Assembly: GCA_030264375.1 (NCBI GenBank)
Contig: JASCQW010000043.1
Location: 69,240,748 to 69,304,747, forward strand
Direction of reading: 5' to 3'
Length of the DNA: 64,000 nucleotides
From: Carcharhinus longimanus
Lineage: Eukaryota
Shown: positions 27,031-40,932 of the stretch, piece after piece
Layout of the letters: each line of letters opens with the position of its first letter
Numbering within the stretch: the first letter of the stretch is position 1
Made by a program: the position numbers and the translations under genes
Notes under the pieces: model-generated
What the model was told of the DNA's origin: nothing
The model's database searches: none
What the model saw: only the letters and a program-made list of their open reading frames with translations

Positions 27031-28950
27031 TTGATCATCACACATACTTCACTATCAAGTGTTCTGGGAATGATTCTGTTAAAGACTGTACATATAAGGA
27101 AGTTATTGTTCCTTAAATCTTTGCCTGGATCAGCAAGCTGATTTGATCGAAGATAAAATATAAATATTTTGTGGAGAGCCAATATGAGAACTATGATTGT
27201 CCAAAGAAAGGATCACTGCAGAGCATTGACCCATGGAGTTCTTCATCAGTCTCTGTTTTCCCAAGGAAGGTGAGGCAGCTTTGTGTGCATTGGGAGTTAA
27301 ACCTCCTAAAAGTGATATTGGCTTGGGGATACCAGTCAGACTCCTTTCCAGTTCTCACCCGAGTAGAAATGAAGACAAGAAACTTTCAATCTGTTGTGTA
27401 GGTAATTTGAAAGGTTAATGGATACTGTTTTAACCTTTAGTTTTGGATTTTCCAGCCAGGGAGCCTGTTTTCCAAACTATCACTAACTTGTCAGAGTCAC
27501 TGAGGTGAACATACAAGAAGTTGAGCTTCTTAAGTGAAAGTGACTAGCTGGGAAAGTTTTGATCAGTGAAACTGAAGAGTTTCAGTCATGGCCGGGTGAA
27601 AGGCTGCTGCTCAGAGCACTTCTTCTCAGAGAATGCTTTAATTGCTAAGCAGGTGATAACTACTTGGAAGCTACTTCACCTGTCCAGCACTTCACTCACT
27701 CAGAGTCATGCTTTCTTGCTGAGTACCTTCACCAGAGTGTGGGACCATGTTATACAGCTGGACCTTGCATGTCTGACAAGATGCAGCACCACCACCAATG
27801 ACACCAGTGGCAGCTGGACCACCAACTACATTCTTGTATGTTGTATACCCATCCACAGAACAGAGTTGATGGAAACCAGGTTTCAGCTGAAAGGAGGTGA
27901 GAGACCCTCAGCATTGGATCAGCTCTCCCACCGTGTCTGGGCACCAGTACCTCAGGAGGCTCAGACTCTCACGGCAGATTGTTAATCTTCAGCCTTCTGG
28001 AATAAGATCTCCTTCCCCATGGTGCAGGAAAGCACACTTTACCAGTGGTTGATAATGTACCTGTCGCTGAATAATGGCCACCTCCACCCTGTCTCCAACT
28101 CTGAATCTCTGCCTCTCCCCAAGATTGTGTGTCTCTTTTCCTGCAAGGAGAGGAAGCAGAAAGGTTGTCCACTTCTCCTTGTCCTCGGGAGAGTTCACCT
28201 CACTTCAGTCTCTCAGAACCAGCAACAGACCTCCAGATAAGAATGAGAGACCCAGGGAGCAGCCTTTCCTGTAGTTGCTTTCTCTCCATTCCTGTAGTTG
28301 CTGAAAAATCCAAAAATTGCAATTTATGTGGGGGAGATTGACAGCCTCTAATACTTCTGGAGGATGGGTCGCCCCAAAACTTACTGGAGGGATGTGGAAG
28401 GAAGCCGATTATTTTTTGCAGATCGGACGTCCTTTCCCAATCTCTGTGGAGCTGGCCTTGCCGTTTTTTTGGAAAATTCTACCCCACGTTTTCAACTCTT
28501 TTGCAGAATGTACTTTAATTCTCCATATCAAGACTTCCCTAAATTGGACTTAAGTCTTGAATTCACCTTACATTTTTAGGTACAACATTCTTCAGCAATG
28601 GAGAATTTGAAAAATAAAATGCATGTTCAAGTGTATATGCTGCTATTCATATAAACTCTATGCTCAATATTGTAATTCTATGAACTTGAGCAAATATACA
28701 GACATTTTAGACTCAAAATCTACTTGGTTGGGCCAGAGATTTTCTCAATTCAACATCACAAGGATCAGACCCAAGCCTTTATGGTACTGCATGTACCTCC
28801 CTCTCCAGTTATTCAATCCAATTGAAAATGATGATGTATAATCCTAGTATCCTGCTTGACCTGACCTCATGTCTAACCCATCTCCAGATTATCACCTATC
28901 TCTGTGCCTACCTGACCCCTCCTTTCATTGAAACATTTGTTCATTTCGAG

Positions 28951-29040
28951 ATAAAAGCAAAATACTGTGTTTGCTGGAATCTGAAACAAAAATAGAAAAT
29001 GCTGGAAAATCTTAGCGGGTCTGACAGCATCTGTGAGAGA
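28951..29040 (-). mobile_element. Second copy of the 8741-8866 repeat family
   Basis: Reverse complement aligns with ~8785-8867. Confidence 0.65.
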
Positions 29041-29373
29041 TCATTCCAAGGCCTGATTTCTCCTAGTGCCACTCCATGCAAATTCCAAATTGTGCAGAAT
29101 TCAGTGGTTTATATCCAAAATCTTGCACATCTACCCATCCCAACACATTGGTCTTATCAAANNNNNNNNNNNNNNNNNNNNNNNNNNNNNNNNNNNNNNN
29201 NNNNNNNNNNNNNNNNNNNNNNNNNNNNNNNNNNNNNNNNNNNNNNNNNNNNNNNNNNNNNNNNNNNNNNNNNNNNNNNNNNNNNNNNNNNNNNNNNNNN
29301 NNNNNNNNNNNNNNNNNNNNNNNNNNNNNNNNNNNNNNNNNNNNNNNNNNNNNNNNNNNNNNNNNNNNNNNNN

Positions 29374-29557
29374 GGTGCTCCAGTTTCCTCCCACAGGCCA
29401 AAGATGTGCTTTAGCCATTTGCCATGCTAAATTGTTCCTTAGTGTCAAGGAGAATAGCAGATAAATACCTGGGGTTATGGGGATAGGGCATGGGTGAGAT
29501 TGTTGTTGGTGCAGGCTTAGTAGGCTGAATAGCCTCCTGCACTGTAAGGATTCTAGA
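29374..29557 (+). mobile_element. HE1-like SINE, central domain and CR1-derived tail
   Basis: ggtgctccagtttcctcccaca..aaagatgtgc central domain; gcctcctgcactgtaaggattcta tail; head lies in the gap. Confidence 0.8.
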
Positions 29558-32500
29558 ATTGTACACCTCCCTTCTCTCTGCTCTACCACCAATGACAATT
29601 TTCAGCCAGTAAATCCTTGAATTCTGGAAAACCCTCCTTAAAATTCTTTGCTATTCTACCTCTATGCTTCACGAAAGACTTCTACTAAAGCTTTTTAGGG
29701 GTGTTTTGATCACTTCCTATTCCTTGTTCAACATCATCGTACTTGGAAAGCTGAAACTTCTTGTTCATGTGGAAGATATCATGTGCATGATATCATGTGC
29801 ATATAGGAACTTGCTGTTGATCATGAAAGGGATCATGAGAGTGGAAGCAAAGAAAAGAATCCACTTTTTAGTGATCACCCAGTCATGTTTAGCTGAAGAA
29901 TTTTCAAATGTGAGCCATTGTGTATTTTGGCCAATGTGCATATTTATTTAGTTCCGTTTTTGGAAAAGTTTCATTAAATGTTAATATTTAATTATTCTGT
30001 TCAATTAAATACAAAGTTCCAAATGCCTTTGGAAAGGGGTAGAAAGATAAAACAATGCAGGATGTGTTTCCCCTCTGCTAATATAGACATTCTTGTTGGA
30101 TTCTACAGCACAGCACAGATTTTCATCTTTATTAGTTCATGACAGTGCAAACAGGCAAATTAGACTAGAAGAAAAGGGAGTCTGCAAAGGAAGCGCTTGG
30201 CCAATTCTTATTCCATTATGTTAAAAGGAAGGAAAGTCCGAATGGCACCATTATTTACATGCAATCCTCTCAGCCCGATTTTACTCTCTCTGTCCCAACA
30301 GCTGGTGTTTGACACTGAAGTGGCTCTGGCAAAATTCCGCCCTAACTGCTCATAACTTTGAGGTAACACCTCGTGTAAACAATATAATCATAGTTACAAC
30401 TAGGCTGGGTAGCAATCAATATTTTTTCGTACAGAAGGAAAAACTTGCCAATAGATCATCAATGGATTTCCTATTTTTACCCCTTAATTAGGGTTGAAGG
30501 CAGTGAATCAGGAGGTCAGGTTTTTAAATGTCCAGATGTTGCAAATGCCAACTTACACAGAAATGAACTTGTGATTGGCTATCAAAATAAAACTCTTTGT
30601 TCCAGTGAAGAAAAGTCAGTTACGGTGGGACTTGTATTCACCCTAAGACCAGTGGGGAAATCAACTCTGCTGGTTATGACATTGGAGAGCTCTTTTCTCA
30701 TGGCAGTGAACAGATTAAACTTTCTATAACCCTGTATTCTTAACATTAGATTGTACCCAACTTGTTTGACACAAGGAGGAAGTCAATCCTGTAATCCATT
30801 CCAGGCACTATGCCTTTGCTAAGACTAGTGCTCGATGTATACTGTGGTCTACCACTGGATCTAAATCCATGGCTGAGCATTGTTTTAGTTTTGTTATGCT
30901 GTCTGAACAAAGCATTAAAAAGAATAGCCACCACTGTAGATAGTTATGGAGTCACGGACACTGCAGTGACCAACAGTTTTCCATAATTGTATGATACATA
31001 AGTTTAGATCCTAGACTAATAACTACTTGGCTTGAGGCCAGCAGTTAAATGNNNNNNNNNNNNNNNCTGCAGCGTGCCAATGGAAAAATGATAAGGGCAT
31101 TATTGAATGACAACCTAACTTGTTAATGTGCAGTGGTAGTGATTATGTTTGTGCCCTTCAAAGCATTACTTTTTTTTTGCAAGATTATCAAACTTTGACA
31201 TTATAATAGTGCTGTTTATTTTGAAAGGGAAATACGAAAACACACAGGCTATGTGAAAAGCGGACTAATAGTTAAGATGTGAGATGCAGTGCTGAGCATC
31301 ACTCTAGAATGTTGGCCATTTTATAACCTATACATTGGATGTGCTGTCCGCCCTGAGGTATTCATTGCAATGATACTAAGAACTATTCTGTGAAGTGCAT
31401 TTATGTTGTGAGTGATAGTCCTGTGACTGCTATATTTTTATGCACACAATTAGACAAACCTGTGGTCCTAATGACCGTAAATAATGGCCTTAGTTCTATA
31501 AGGTAACACAAATCTAGCACTGGAAGGTGATTGAGTAGGTTTATAAGAGAAATTAAAATTGTTGTACACTTAAATGATTGCTAAGTGTTGGCTATCTTTT
31601 TCTTTTCTCCTTCCTCATTTCCTCTCTTCCATGTTAAACTCGTCAAGGCCTCCCCTCTTCCCATCCCCCCCAACCCCCCTCTCAGCCCCGCTGTCCACCT
31701 CCCCCCACCCCAAAAGGAAACCAGCTATGCTTCTCAATTAGATGCAGAAGATGTGAGAATCCGATTTGGGTGTTGGGCTCCTTGGCCTTTATGGTGGATC
31801 AACTGACTTCCAGGAAGTTGTCCATGACATTGATAATTATGGTTTTTAATGTTGTAGTTAAATCTCTTAGAATAATTGCAAACATTTATTATATTAATTC
31901 TTATCTGCCTATAGTCTTTATACTACTGTTTAGAAAAAAGATAAATGATATGTGCCTGTTAATGGGGTGGTTCCGAGGCATACAGCTTTTCACCCTTACT
32001 ATCCAGTTTTCAACCATAATGCTAAGATTTATAGAGCTACCAAATTGCTGTTATAACAGAAGCAAGCAAAAAGAAAAAAATGGCTAATTAAGGAATGAGT
32101 TTCTTTGTACACATGCATTATGTACTACTGAAAGTGCCCTGTGGTCAACATGTTAGCTTTTTAATCCCCTTTTCTTCATTAGAAAAATTGTTATATTTAA
32201 AAGTTTCTTAAAATCTGTAGTTATGTTTTATAACTAATGGATGGACAAATATGCATTTCCATTCCTGTATGTTTACTGGATATTTAAAAGGAACTAGTCA
32301 CATGTGACTACAGTTGTTACAAAAGGTGACTGTAGGACAGAAGTGTAAAATGCTGCAGGACTGCACTGGATATTCATAAGTGTACAAGAAAATAGTTATC
32401 TTTGTTTTAATTAAAGCAAAGACCTTAAACACTGGAAATGTAACCTCAATTAGTCTGTCTCTAGTGGTCTCTGTACTGTAACATAATTCTTTTAATATAA

Positions 32501-32699
32501 CATGCTGTTTCACTGTTTTGGTCTGTGGTTATTATTGCATTGCATTGTAACTGTAACATTGGCAACTATTGCCAGAATGACTGTTGGAGGTATAATTTGA
32601 TAGAATATCTAAACTCCATAGAAATTACTGCTGAATGCAATTTGCCATTGAACCCAAGATATAAGTCCAGGTCCAAATTCATATCCATTGAATCTGCTG

Positions 32700-34860
32700 C
32701 TCAACATGACTGAACTGCCTTGCTCGAAGGTAAGCTAAAAAATGCTTGCTGGACTTGTGTAAGAGCGATGAGTTGCCAAGTGATATACATGACGGGCTCA
32801 TTCTCTCAGCTCACTGCTTCCACATATCTACGGGCTGCCCAAGACATACACAAGTGATGTCTCTTTTTGCACACATGGATTGGCCAAATGGTTAGACGAA
32901 TTGTTAGAACCATTCTCGAGCAAGTTTTCCATATGTACAGTGAAGGATTCCTTCATATTTGTGAAGACCATACTGGGCTTGTATATAAGTAGCTGTGCTG
33001 TGTCCCATGTGCTCATTTGACATTACTAGCCTATTTATCAACATTCCACTTAAGGAAGTGACAGATATTTGCACTGTCACACTATATCATGTTGATCTAG
33101 ATCCATCGCCATTGTATGAACCAATATTTGCTGAACTTATGAACTGAGAAACTTGCAAAATTGAATTCAGTTGTAACAACACCATGTGTACCCAAATAAT
33201 TGGTGTTGCCATGGGATCCACCCTAAGCCCAGCTCTTGCAAACGTCTTTGTTGGAGTTCATGAGCAACTATCTTCAATGGACTTGCACCTAAATTTCTGA
33301 TATGTGAATAATATATTTCCTTTATTTAAATCTGCAGCTGCATGTAATAATTTCCTTACATGTCTTACTGCGCTCAAATTTAGCTTTGAAATGGAGCAGT
33401 CAAATTAACTCCCCTTCCGTGATGTACTCGTTGAGAAGTATGCCAGAGGTCTCTTTACCCTGGTCTGTCGGAAGCCTATCTTTACTGATCAGTTTATGCA
33501 TTGGGATTCTTACAGTTCCATTAGTTGTAAGATTGATCTGATCGGCAATGTTGTAAATAGGGCCCAACCATTTGCTCACCATGCAAGCTTGGTACTGAAA
33601 TAAGACACATGAATGGTGTCCTGCAGGAAAATGGCTACCTCAGGCAGATCATTTGACACTATACGCAGATTCCTGTATGGGCCTAAGGCTGTTACTTTCG
33701 GCCAAGAAAAGTACACAGTCTACCTCTCATAACTGTGGAAGGGTAAGTATCTCAAAAACATGAGGAATAGATGAAGCTAGCTGTTTGACGCTGCTACTAT
33801 GCAGTAGCAACATGAGTGATATTCACCATTAACAGGATACTACCGTCCAACCAAAAAGGCCTGCCTATCTCACACATGACTAATGTGGCATATGAATTTC
33901 AGTGCCAGTGATGCGCGGCTGTACATCCCAAAGATTGGCAGATGGTTCGCGTCAAGCAGCATGTCCCTTCCACTGTTCACAATGGACAAGGTGCATAAAA
34001 TATGCAAGTAGCCCATGCTTGCAAAGTACAAAATACAGTGTCCAACATTAGATGTGATTCCATGAGTGGACATTTGCTAAATAATCCTCAAGTGTGCTAA
34101 AATTTATGCTGAAAATCAAAATCACCAGTTGGGCTCACATTGGAACATAGAACATCACAGCGCAGTACAGGCCCTTCGGCCCTCGATGTTGTGCCGACCA
34201 GTGGAACCAATCTAATGACCCTCTAACCTAAACNNNNNNNNNNNNNNNNNNNNNNNNNNNNNNNNNNNNNNNNNNNNNNNNNNNNNNNNNNNNNNNNNNN
34301 NNNNNNNNNNNNNNNNNNNNNNNNNNNNNNNNNTTATCCATATGCCTATCCACTGACCATTTGAATGCCCTTAAAGTTGGCATTGTAGCACAGTTATGTG
34401 TACTGGAAGCTAAATACATCAATACACAGGATCCTGTTTCTTTATAGACAGAAAAAAGACATGTACACACATTAAGCCTGTTTCAACTAAAAATAAATGA
34501 CAACCATAAGACATAGAAGCAGAATTAGGCCACTCAGCCCATTGAGTCTGCTCCACCATTCAATCATGGCTGATATTTTTCTTATCCCCATAGATGAAGA
34601 CAATTGCTGGTTCATTCCTCAGGGCAACGCCCTGACTAATCAGAGTTAAGCTGCCTGGTTTAAATTTCAAACAATGCTTGGCATTCTCCATTGTGTTACT
34701 CTACCAATCAGAGCACTTGCTAATCAATCAGCACTGTCTTCTCATTCAGAACATATTAGGTGATTCCCCTTGCATTCTATTCTTCTGAATGTCCTGAATG
34801 GTGCAAGACAAAAAGCTTTGCCAAAAAAGTCTCTTTTATTCACTAATACTCGAGTTCTGC
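32700..34860 (+). mobile_element. Penelope-like retroelement, decayed RT plus GIY-YIG, with two CR1 3' fragments inserted (~34144, ~34506)
   Basis: Hand translation: PHIYGLPKT (~32818), GVAMGSTLSPALANVFVG (~33202), LPFRDVLVE (~33410), RKP.FT.Q..HWDSYS (~33468), NVAYEFQCQ (~33882); these are PLE RT and endonuclease motifs. Confidence 0.85.
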
Positions 34861-34971
34861 ACTGACTATAAAATATAAATGTTAAGCTGCATACACAAAC
34901 ATAGGAGGGGAGTCAAGAAAGATTCACATTTTGTTTGTGGAGAATGCAGGCCTTGCTGCTGCTTATGATTG

Positions 34972-35176
34972 TAAGAAGTCTCAACACCAGGTTAAAGTCC
35001 AACAGGCTTATTTGTTAGCAAAATCCACTAGCTTTTGGAGTGCTGCTCCTTTGTCAGGTAAGTGGGATCAACAGTCAAAGCGAGTGGATTTTGCTCCCAA
35101 ATAAACCTGTTGGACTTTAACCTGATGTTGAGACTTGTTGTGTTTACCCCAGTCCAACGCTGGCATCTCCGCATCA
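34972..35176. mobile_element. Short PLE insertion made of two inverted pseudo-LTR pieces, 12-bp TSD
   Basis: tgcttatgattg at 34960-34971 and 35177-35188; 34975-35035 is the reverse complement of ~35077-35137. Confidence 0.8.
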
Positions 35177-37164
35177 TGCTTATGATTGACCCAGCAATAG
35201 CATGACACCTTGAACAGATTGCAATTCAGACAAATAAACTTCCCATTCATTTCTGTGTAAACCAGAGCAAGTTAGGCTCAACATTCCAGGGCATCACAAG
35301 TCAAAAAATGGACTTACTTTCCAAGAAATCACCTTGTGTGTGTGAGAACTCAGATAAACAGATACTATCTCTGAGCTATCTGAATTATACTTCTCATTAT
35401 TACTAAACAGCCTCTGTATTGCTGAAAATTATATTTTTTCCTCAATTTCAGTGACTCTGATATGTAGGTTACTGGAAACTTCCATTAACCAGTACATCAT
35501 CTGCTCCATCTCTCTATTTTGATGTCCTTATTGCGATCAAAACATGTTTTGTTTTATTCTTCCTCTACGATGCTTCCAGTTATAGAGAAATAAAACACGT
35601 CAATCCATGCGCCAGAGTCTCAAGTTGAATGATTGAGCAGCCAGCCTGCTTATAGGTAAAATATACAATTCCAGGCAATTAGATGCTTTACAATACTTCG
35701 GTATTAACCAGTGAAGAGATCTATAATAAATTGGACAATGTGTTTAAGTTAACACCGCTTCTCTACCTGATGACTAAGATTAATGTGCTAATTGAATTTT
35801 ATATCATTCTTTTATTTCATTCCCTCCCCCACCCAATCTCTCCGTATTTGTTGATCATCAATAACTTCTAATTGGCCACATTTTAGGGATCTGGTAAAAA
35901 ATTGAGGCTAGTATAGGCCTAATGCAAATTGATGCACTCCCTGGCATCACTCTGGGCACTGAGCTGAATTTATCTTCTGGGCAACTGCCCATTCATGCCA
36001 ACTGCAAGAAAGGTCAGAGGACTATGGACCTCATTGAAATAGGTGTCCTGAAGTTCACCAGATTCAAGATACTTCAATGTCTGGCAACCCCAGTAGCAAT
36101 GAAATATCAGGTGGGGCGATGATTGTTGGGGAAGAGAAGTTTGGATAGTAACAGTTCAAATAAAAGGACAATGTTTTCTGACCCTTTTAAAACTTAGATT
36201 TCATGAAACGGGCCAGGGTTTGTGTGTCACACAGTTCTGCCTTAAATGGCAATCAGGGCTTCATGTGCATCATGGAACCTCAATTTGCATAACAAGCCAG
36301 CCTTTTGTGGCTGCCTTGTGATTGGCTCCTCAAAAAGAAATGGCAGTGTGAATATAGCATTTGCATCAATGGTGTGGCAATTTTACTGCTCTCGTTAGAA
36401 AAACGTTATTGCTCTATTATCATAATTTTTTGGAAATTAAAATATAAAATTTAATTTAGGACTTTGTATAATAAAATATTTGAAAGAAAAGTTTGATAGT
36501 GGGTTTTTGGTAGGGGAGGACCTCTATAGAATGTATGCACAATAATTTCTTCCTGACAATTTTCCAATCATTGGTGACTTCTTCATTTGCTTGGAATTGA
36601 GAAAATAAACTTAGCTTTTCTCCATGCAGAGCAGCTGCATAGAATGACGAGACATCCCATAAATTCTGAAAATTGGTTCACGTTCCAATTCAAGATGAGT
36701 CTTTAATCGTGTCGTAACAAGACTGGAATATAGAGCAACTTGTTTGTGAGTAGCAGAAAGGGAAAATGTGCCCAGCTGTCTGGAGTTCATAATCCTTATT
36801 GTGGCTGAATGTCATTTAAAATGAATGTTTTGCATATAATTGTCATAATCAGAGGAATTGTCAGAAGGTGAATGGCCCTTGACGTGATATTTTAAGAATT
36901 TGGGAGCTTCTATGCCCAATAATGATCTAACTATTGTACAACAGACCTTTAATAGTGAAAGGTACATCACTCATATTTTGGATAGATTGCTTTTTAACTC
37001 TCTTCAATGTATCCATATCATATATTCCATTTGTTATGTCTGCTCTGAAATTATCAATGTCTGTCAATGCATGCGCAATTATTTTGAATTTTGTCTGAGA
37101 AAGAGCAGAGGAAGGTCTCTGTTTGGATGTTTTATATTCAAGCATTTCAAAGTGTCCACCTGAT

Positions 37165-38596
37165 ATTTATAGTGGCCATCTTATGTTCATCTTAAAGATC
37201 AAGGGCTCTAAGGGCACTTGGATGAAGGTGAAAGAGGTGGCCAGGCATTGAGTTCCAGCTCAAGCAGAAGGCAGCTGCTTGCAGATCTTGTGCTGTGGTG
37301 TGGAAAACGTTGCTATTGTCACTCCTCCACCCATGGGAATGGCTTGAAGCTCCTTGACAAAAAATCCATGTAGACTTCACAGGTCCAGTGGAGAGAAAGA
37401 TGCTATCGGTGAAGGTTGACATCCACTTGAAATAGCCAATTATAAAGTTGGAAGTCCACAGAGGTGACTATAGATCAACTCAGTGAGTTGTTTGCTTGAT
37501 TTGGAACCCATGATCCAATTGGGCTACAGTTTGTGGAGGATTTGTGGATGACCTCAACACCAAGGAGTCTGGCAGATGAAGTCAGCGCTATACCATCCTG
37601 CAACAAATGGCCAGGCCAAAAGGTTTGGCCAGACCTTAAAACAGGCCCTTATGGTTTCCCAAGGGGAGGGTTCTCTTGGAAGGCAAGTGAGTAGATTCTT
37701 AAGCACATATCACGATACACCTCATACAACGATCCAAGATTCCTCAGCATCGTTGAGGTTTGGCTGCAGATTGAGGACCGTCTTTGATCTGATGCAGATG
37801 GAGGAGACACAAGAAGCAGTAACAAAGAACCAAGAAGGGCAAATGGCCTGTAGAGAGGGAAAGATAAAAGTTTAGGAAGGGATAAACCATGTTTGTGAGG
37901 AACTACACGATGGGAGAAAAATGGATTCCTGCAACAGTTGTGGTCTAGACAGGGTCAATTTCATACATTGTTCAGACCAGGATGAATGGGTCTGGAGGAG
38001 ACCCAGCTGGTGGTTGCTCCACATCAAAATAGGGAAGTCCTCCCTGACACAGGAATGTTTCTAGTAGAGCCTGAATAACCGACTGAGTCTTGTGTTCCTG
38101 ACACTGAGGGAGTTCTGACCAGAGAAAAAGCATCAGCAGAAGCTATTGATGACAATAACCAGACAAGAGAGGAAGCTCCAGAGCTTCCAGAAATGCAGGG
38201 AAGAACACCTAAGAAGACCTCAAAGGCAACGAGATAGTCATCCAGCAACCGTTGTCCTCCAGATAGACTGATTATGTCTATGTAGACCTTGTAATGGACG
38301 TTGATATTGCCATTCACAATTGATGTTCATGTTTTGTATATAATTGAATTGTGCAATAGGTGTGTTTAAAAATGTATGCATGTCACACAGGCGGTTTTGA
38401 AGCAAGAGGGGAGGAGTTATGTATGTTGGGGCATGCCCCTTTTAAGAGAATGGGTCAGGTGATCTGAGACAAGCCCACCTTGGATGGAGCTTGCAGGGGC
38501 AGTCTTGTGCTGATGGTGCCGGGGGAATAGTTGTAATAAATTGTTCCATTAGTTAACTATCACTGGCCTCGTGGTCTTTATTAGTCTTCAATATCA
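37165..38596 (+). mobile_element. Ty3/Gypsy LTR retrotransposon relic: integrase, PPT and probable 3' LTR
   Basis: WPGI..C..C, LHPWEWLEAP*QKIHVDFTGP, SALYHPATNGQAKRFGQTLKQAL, YHDTPHTT; purine tract aagaggggaggag at 38404-38416 followed by a ~180-bp segment containing AATAAA. Confidence 0.85.
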
Positions 38597-39330
38597 TACC
38601 TCAAACATCATAATGACCAGCTGAAATTTGTCACATTCAGTTAGATGGCATGTCAGTTTTCTTCCAAGATGTGCAGCACTAGCACTGTAATTGTTGCCAA
38701 GTATCATCTCCCTAACTGTGCTCTTCAAGCTTTTTTGATTATGCTTTATTTCTGTAGCTACTGCTTTTAGTAAGGCCAGAAGGTAAGAGGCAATCAGGCA
38801 ACCATGAACTTCAAACATACTGCAGTTGTGTCTCTCTAAATTAAAAGCATTTCTTTAGCACCATGAGAGCATGACTTTCTATGTACTCAATACAATTTTT
38901 TAGTGGCATAAACATTCCTTCAAGGGTCTGAAATGCCAATATCTCTCAACTGGTTGTTGTTGTCCTTGAAACACCAAACAGTTGTTACACATGTGGCCTA
39001 GCACGATTATTCTCATGGCATAGTTTTTCTGGATTGCTTTGCACACTGTATTCTGTGAAGTGTTATTGCACACGTGTTATAATTGAACCTCCAGTGGTGT
39101 GAAATATTTTAATCAGTTTCAGGGTGCCAATGTTTTCTAATTTTGCTACTACCATCTAATCACCAATATTTTAATACTGCCAAAACATTGAGGAGCCTAG
39201 AGCAAACTTGTATAGCAGTGCCAAAGTACAACTTTTTAAAAGGAATATGAGCGTTTTGCAGAAATGTTTCAGGACAGTTCTATATAATATCATTGTCATG
39301 GGTAGAAGTGAGAATAAATATACTTATTGT

Positions 39331-39394
<64 letters not shown>

Positions 39395-40932
39395 NNNNNN
39401 NNNNNNNNNNNNNNNNNNNNNNNNNNNNNNNNNNNNNNNNNNNNNNNNNNNNNNNNNNNNNNNNNNNNNNNNNNNNNNNNNNNNNNNNNNNNNNCATTCC
39501 CCACCCACAGACCCCCACCAACACAGTCCCCCAGTCCCCCCCCCCTCCCCCCCAACCCCTGGCCAAGGCCAGAAGATCCCGTCTGAGCTCCATGGAGCTT
39601 TAAATGGTCCGCTGAATATTCTGTCTTGCCCGTTAACGATTCCTGCAACAAGTGGTACAGGAAATTTGCAGCCCACAAGTTGGTCTCCTGTGTGACTTTT
39701 GGAGAATTGGAGGTAAATCTCAACTAAGTTTGTGTTAATCTTGGGGGCATGTCGTGTGATAGTTTTAAAACTGATCTTTTTATTCGAATAGATGAGTTGA
39801 CTCTTTTTGATAGAATGTGATTCAAGCAAAATGAAATTGAGGGAAAGGTCTTGTGCAAAGTTATTGGCTGATGACTGAAATACCAAGTGAAATTGATCAA
39901 GCCAGAAGAAAATGCATTACCTGACGACAAAGCCAAATGACAAGTGCAATGGCCACAATAAAGCCAACCAATGGAAGGTACAAACCAAAAAACAGATCTT
40001 TTAAGTTACACTTTCAACTGTTCTAACTTTAGTTGTGTCTTCCACGAAAATAACTCATTGCACTAGTTGTACTAGACTAGATAAAACATTCTGCAATTTT
40101 AACAACTGATATGATGTACAATGTTGTGTGTTCAAAGGAGACAGATTTCTGTATATAATTTAAAGAGCAACAAATGAACCATAGCAAACAAGAGCTGAAC
40201 AAATTACCTTTGCATAATGAATAATGCACTTGCTATGTCTACTTTTCTGAGCTGTGGGATACTGCACACATCTCTGAAATGTTATTTTTCCTCCAGTGCC
40301 AGCAGCTGTATGTTCTGGCCTTTGGTCGAGCTTTTCATACCAGCCCCATGAAATTTTCTTCAGGTAGTGAATGATTTTCTGCCTGGTTTAGAACAAATCT
40401 AATGCATAGACTTTTAAAACACCTCAAGCTGTTCTAACAGAAGTCAATATGCTGGCCTAAGATCAATAATGCTTGCATTTGTCTAACTCTTTGCAGAAAA
40501 GTCCAACACAACTAAGCCAATAATTGTTTTCACTTCCACCAAATATACTTGATCTATATAAAGCTAAAGGTTACATCTGTAAGCTAGGTGACCTTCTATT
40601 CGGGAGGTACACAAGGTTAACAGACTGATTCAAAACTCTGCAAGCTGGTTTTCTTTGTATAGACCATTGTTCATCAACCAAATATATATATAATTATAAT
40701 ACTGGTTTAACTGTTCATTTGGAGCAATGCTCCACAGTAAAAGAAAGGAGGAACATCCTCTATGAATTCATGCCCAAGCACCAGAAGAAAAAATTCAGAG
40801 TGCAATTAAAATTCAATAAGGATCAATTGTTCAGTGTTTGATTATGTCTGTCTGCTGATTGCTCACTGTGTAGGATTAGTTAAGCCAGGGTATTGTCGTA
40901 GAAAAAGAAACTAAACTGAGGCAAAAGTTGTA

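Noticed and set aside
27566-28341. Cluster of overlapping 64-139 aa ORFs
   Set aside because: No recognisable domain or splice structure; probably a decayed repeat I cannot classify.
39331-39394. 64-nt poly-G run (poly-Gly/Pro ORFs, possible G-quadruplex)
   Set aside because: Abuts a gap; likely a sequencing or assembly artefact with unreliable length.
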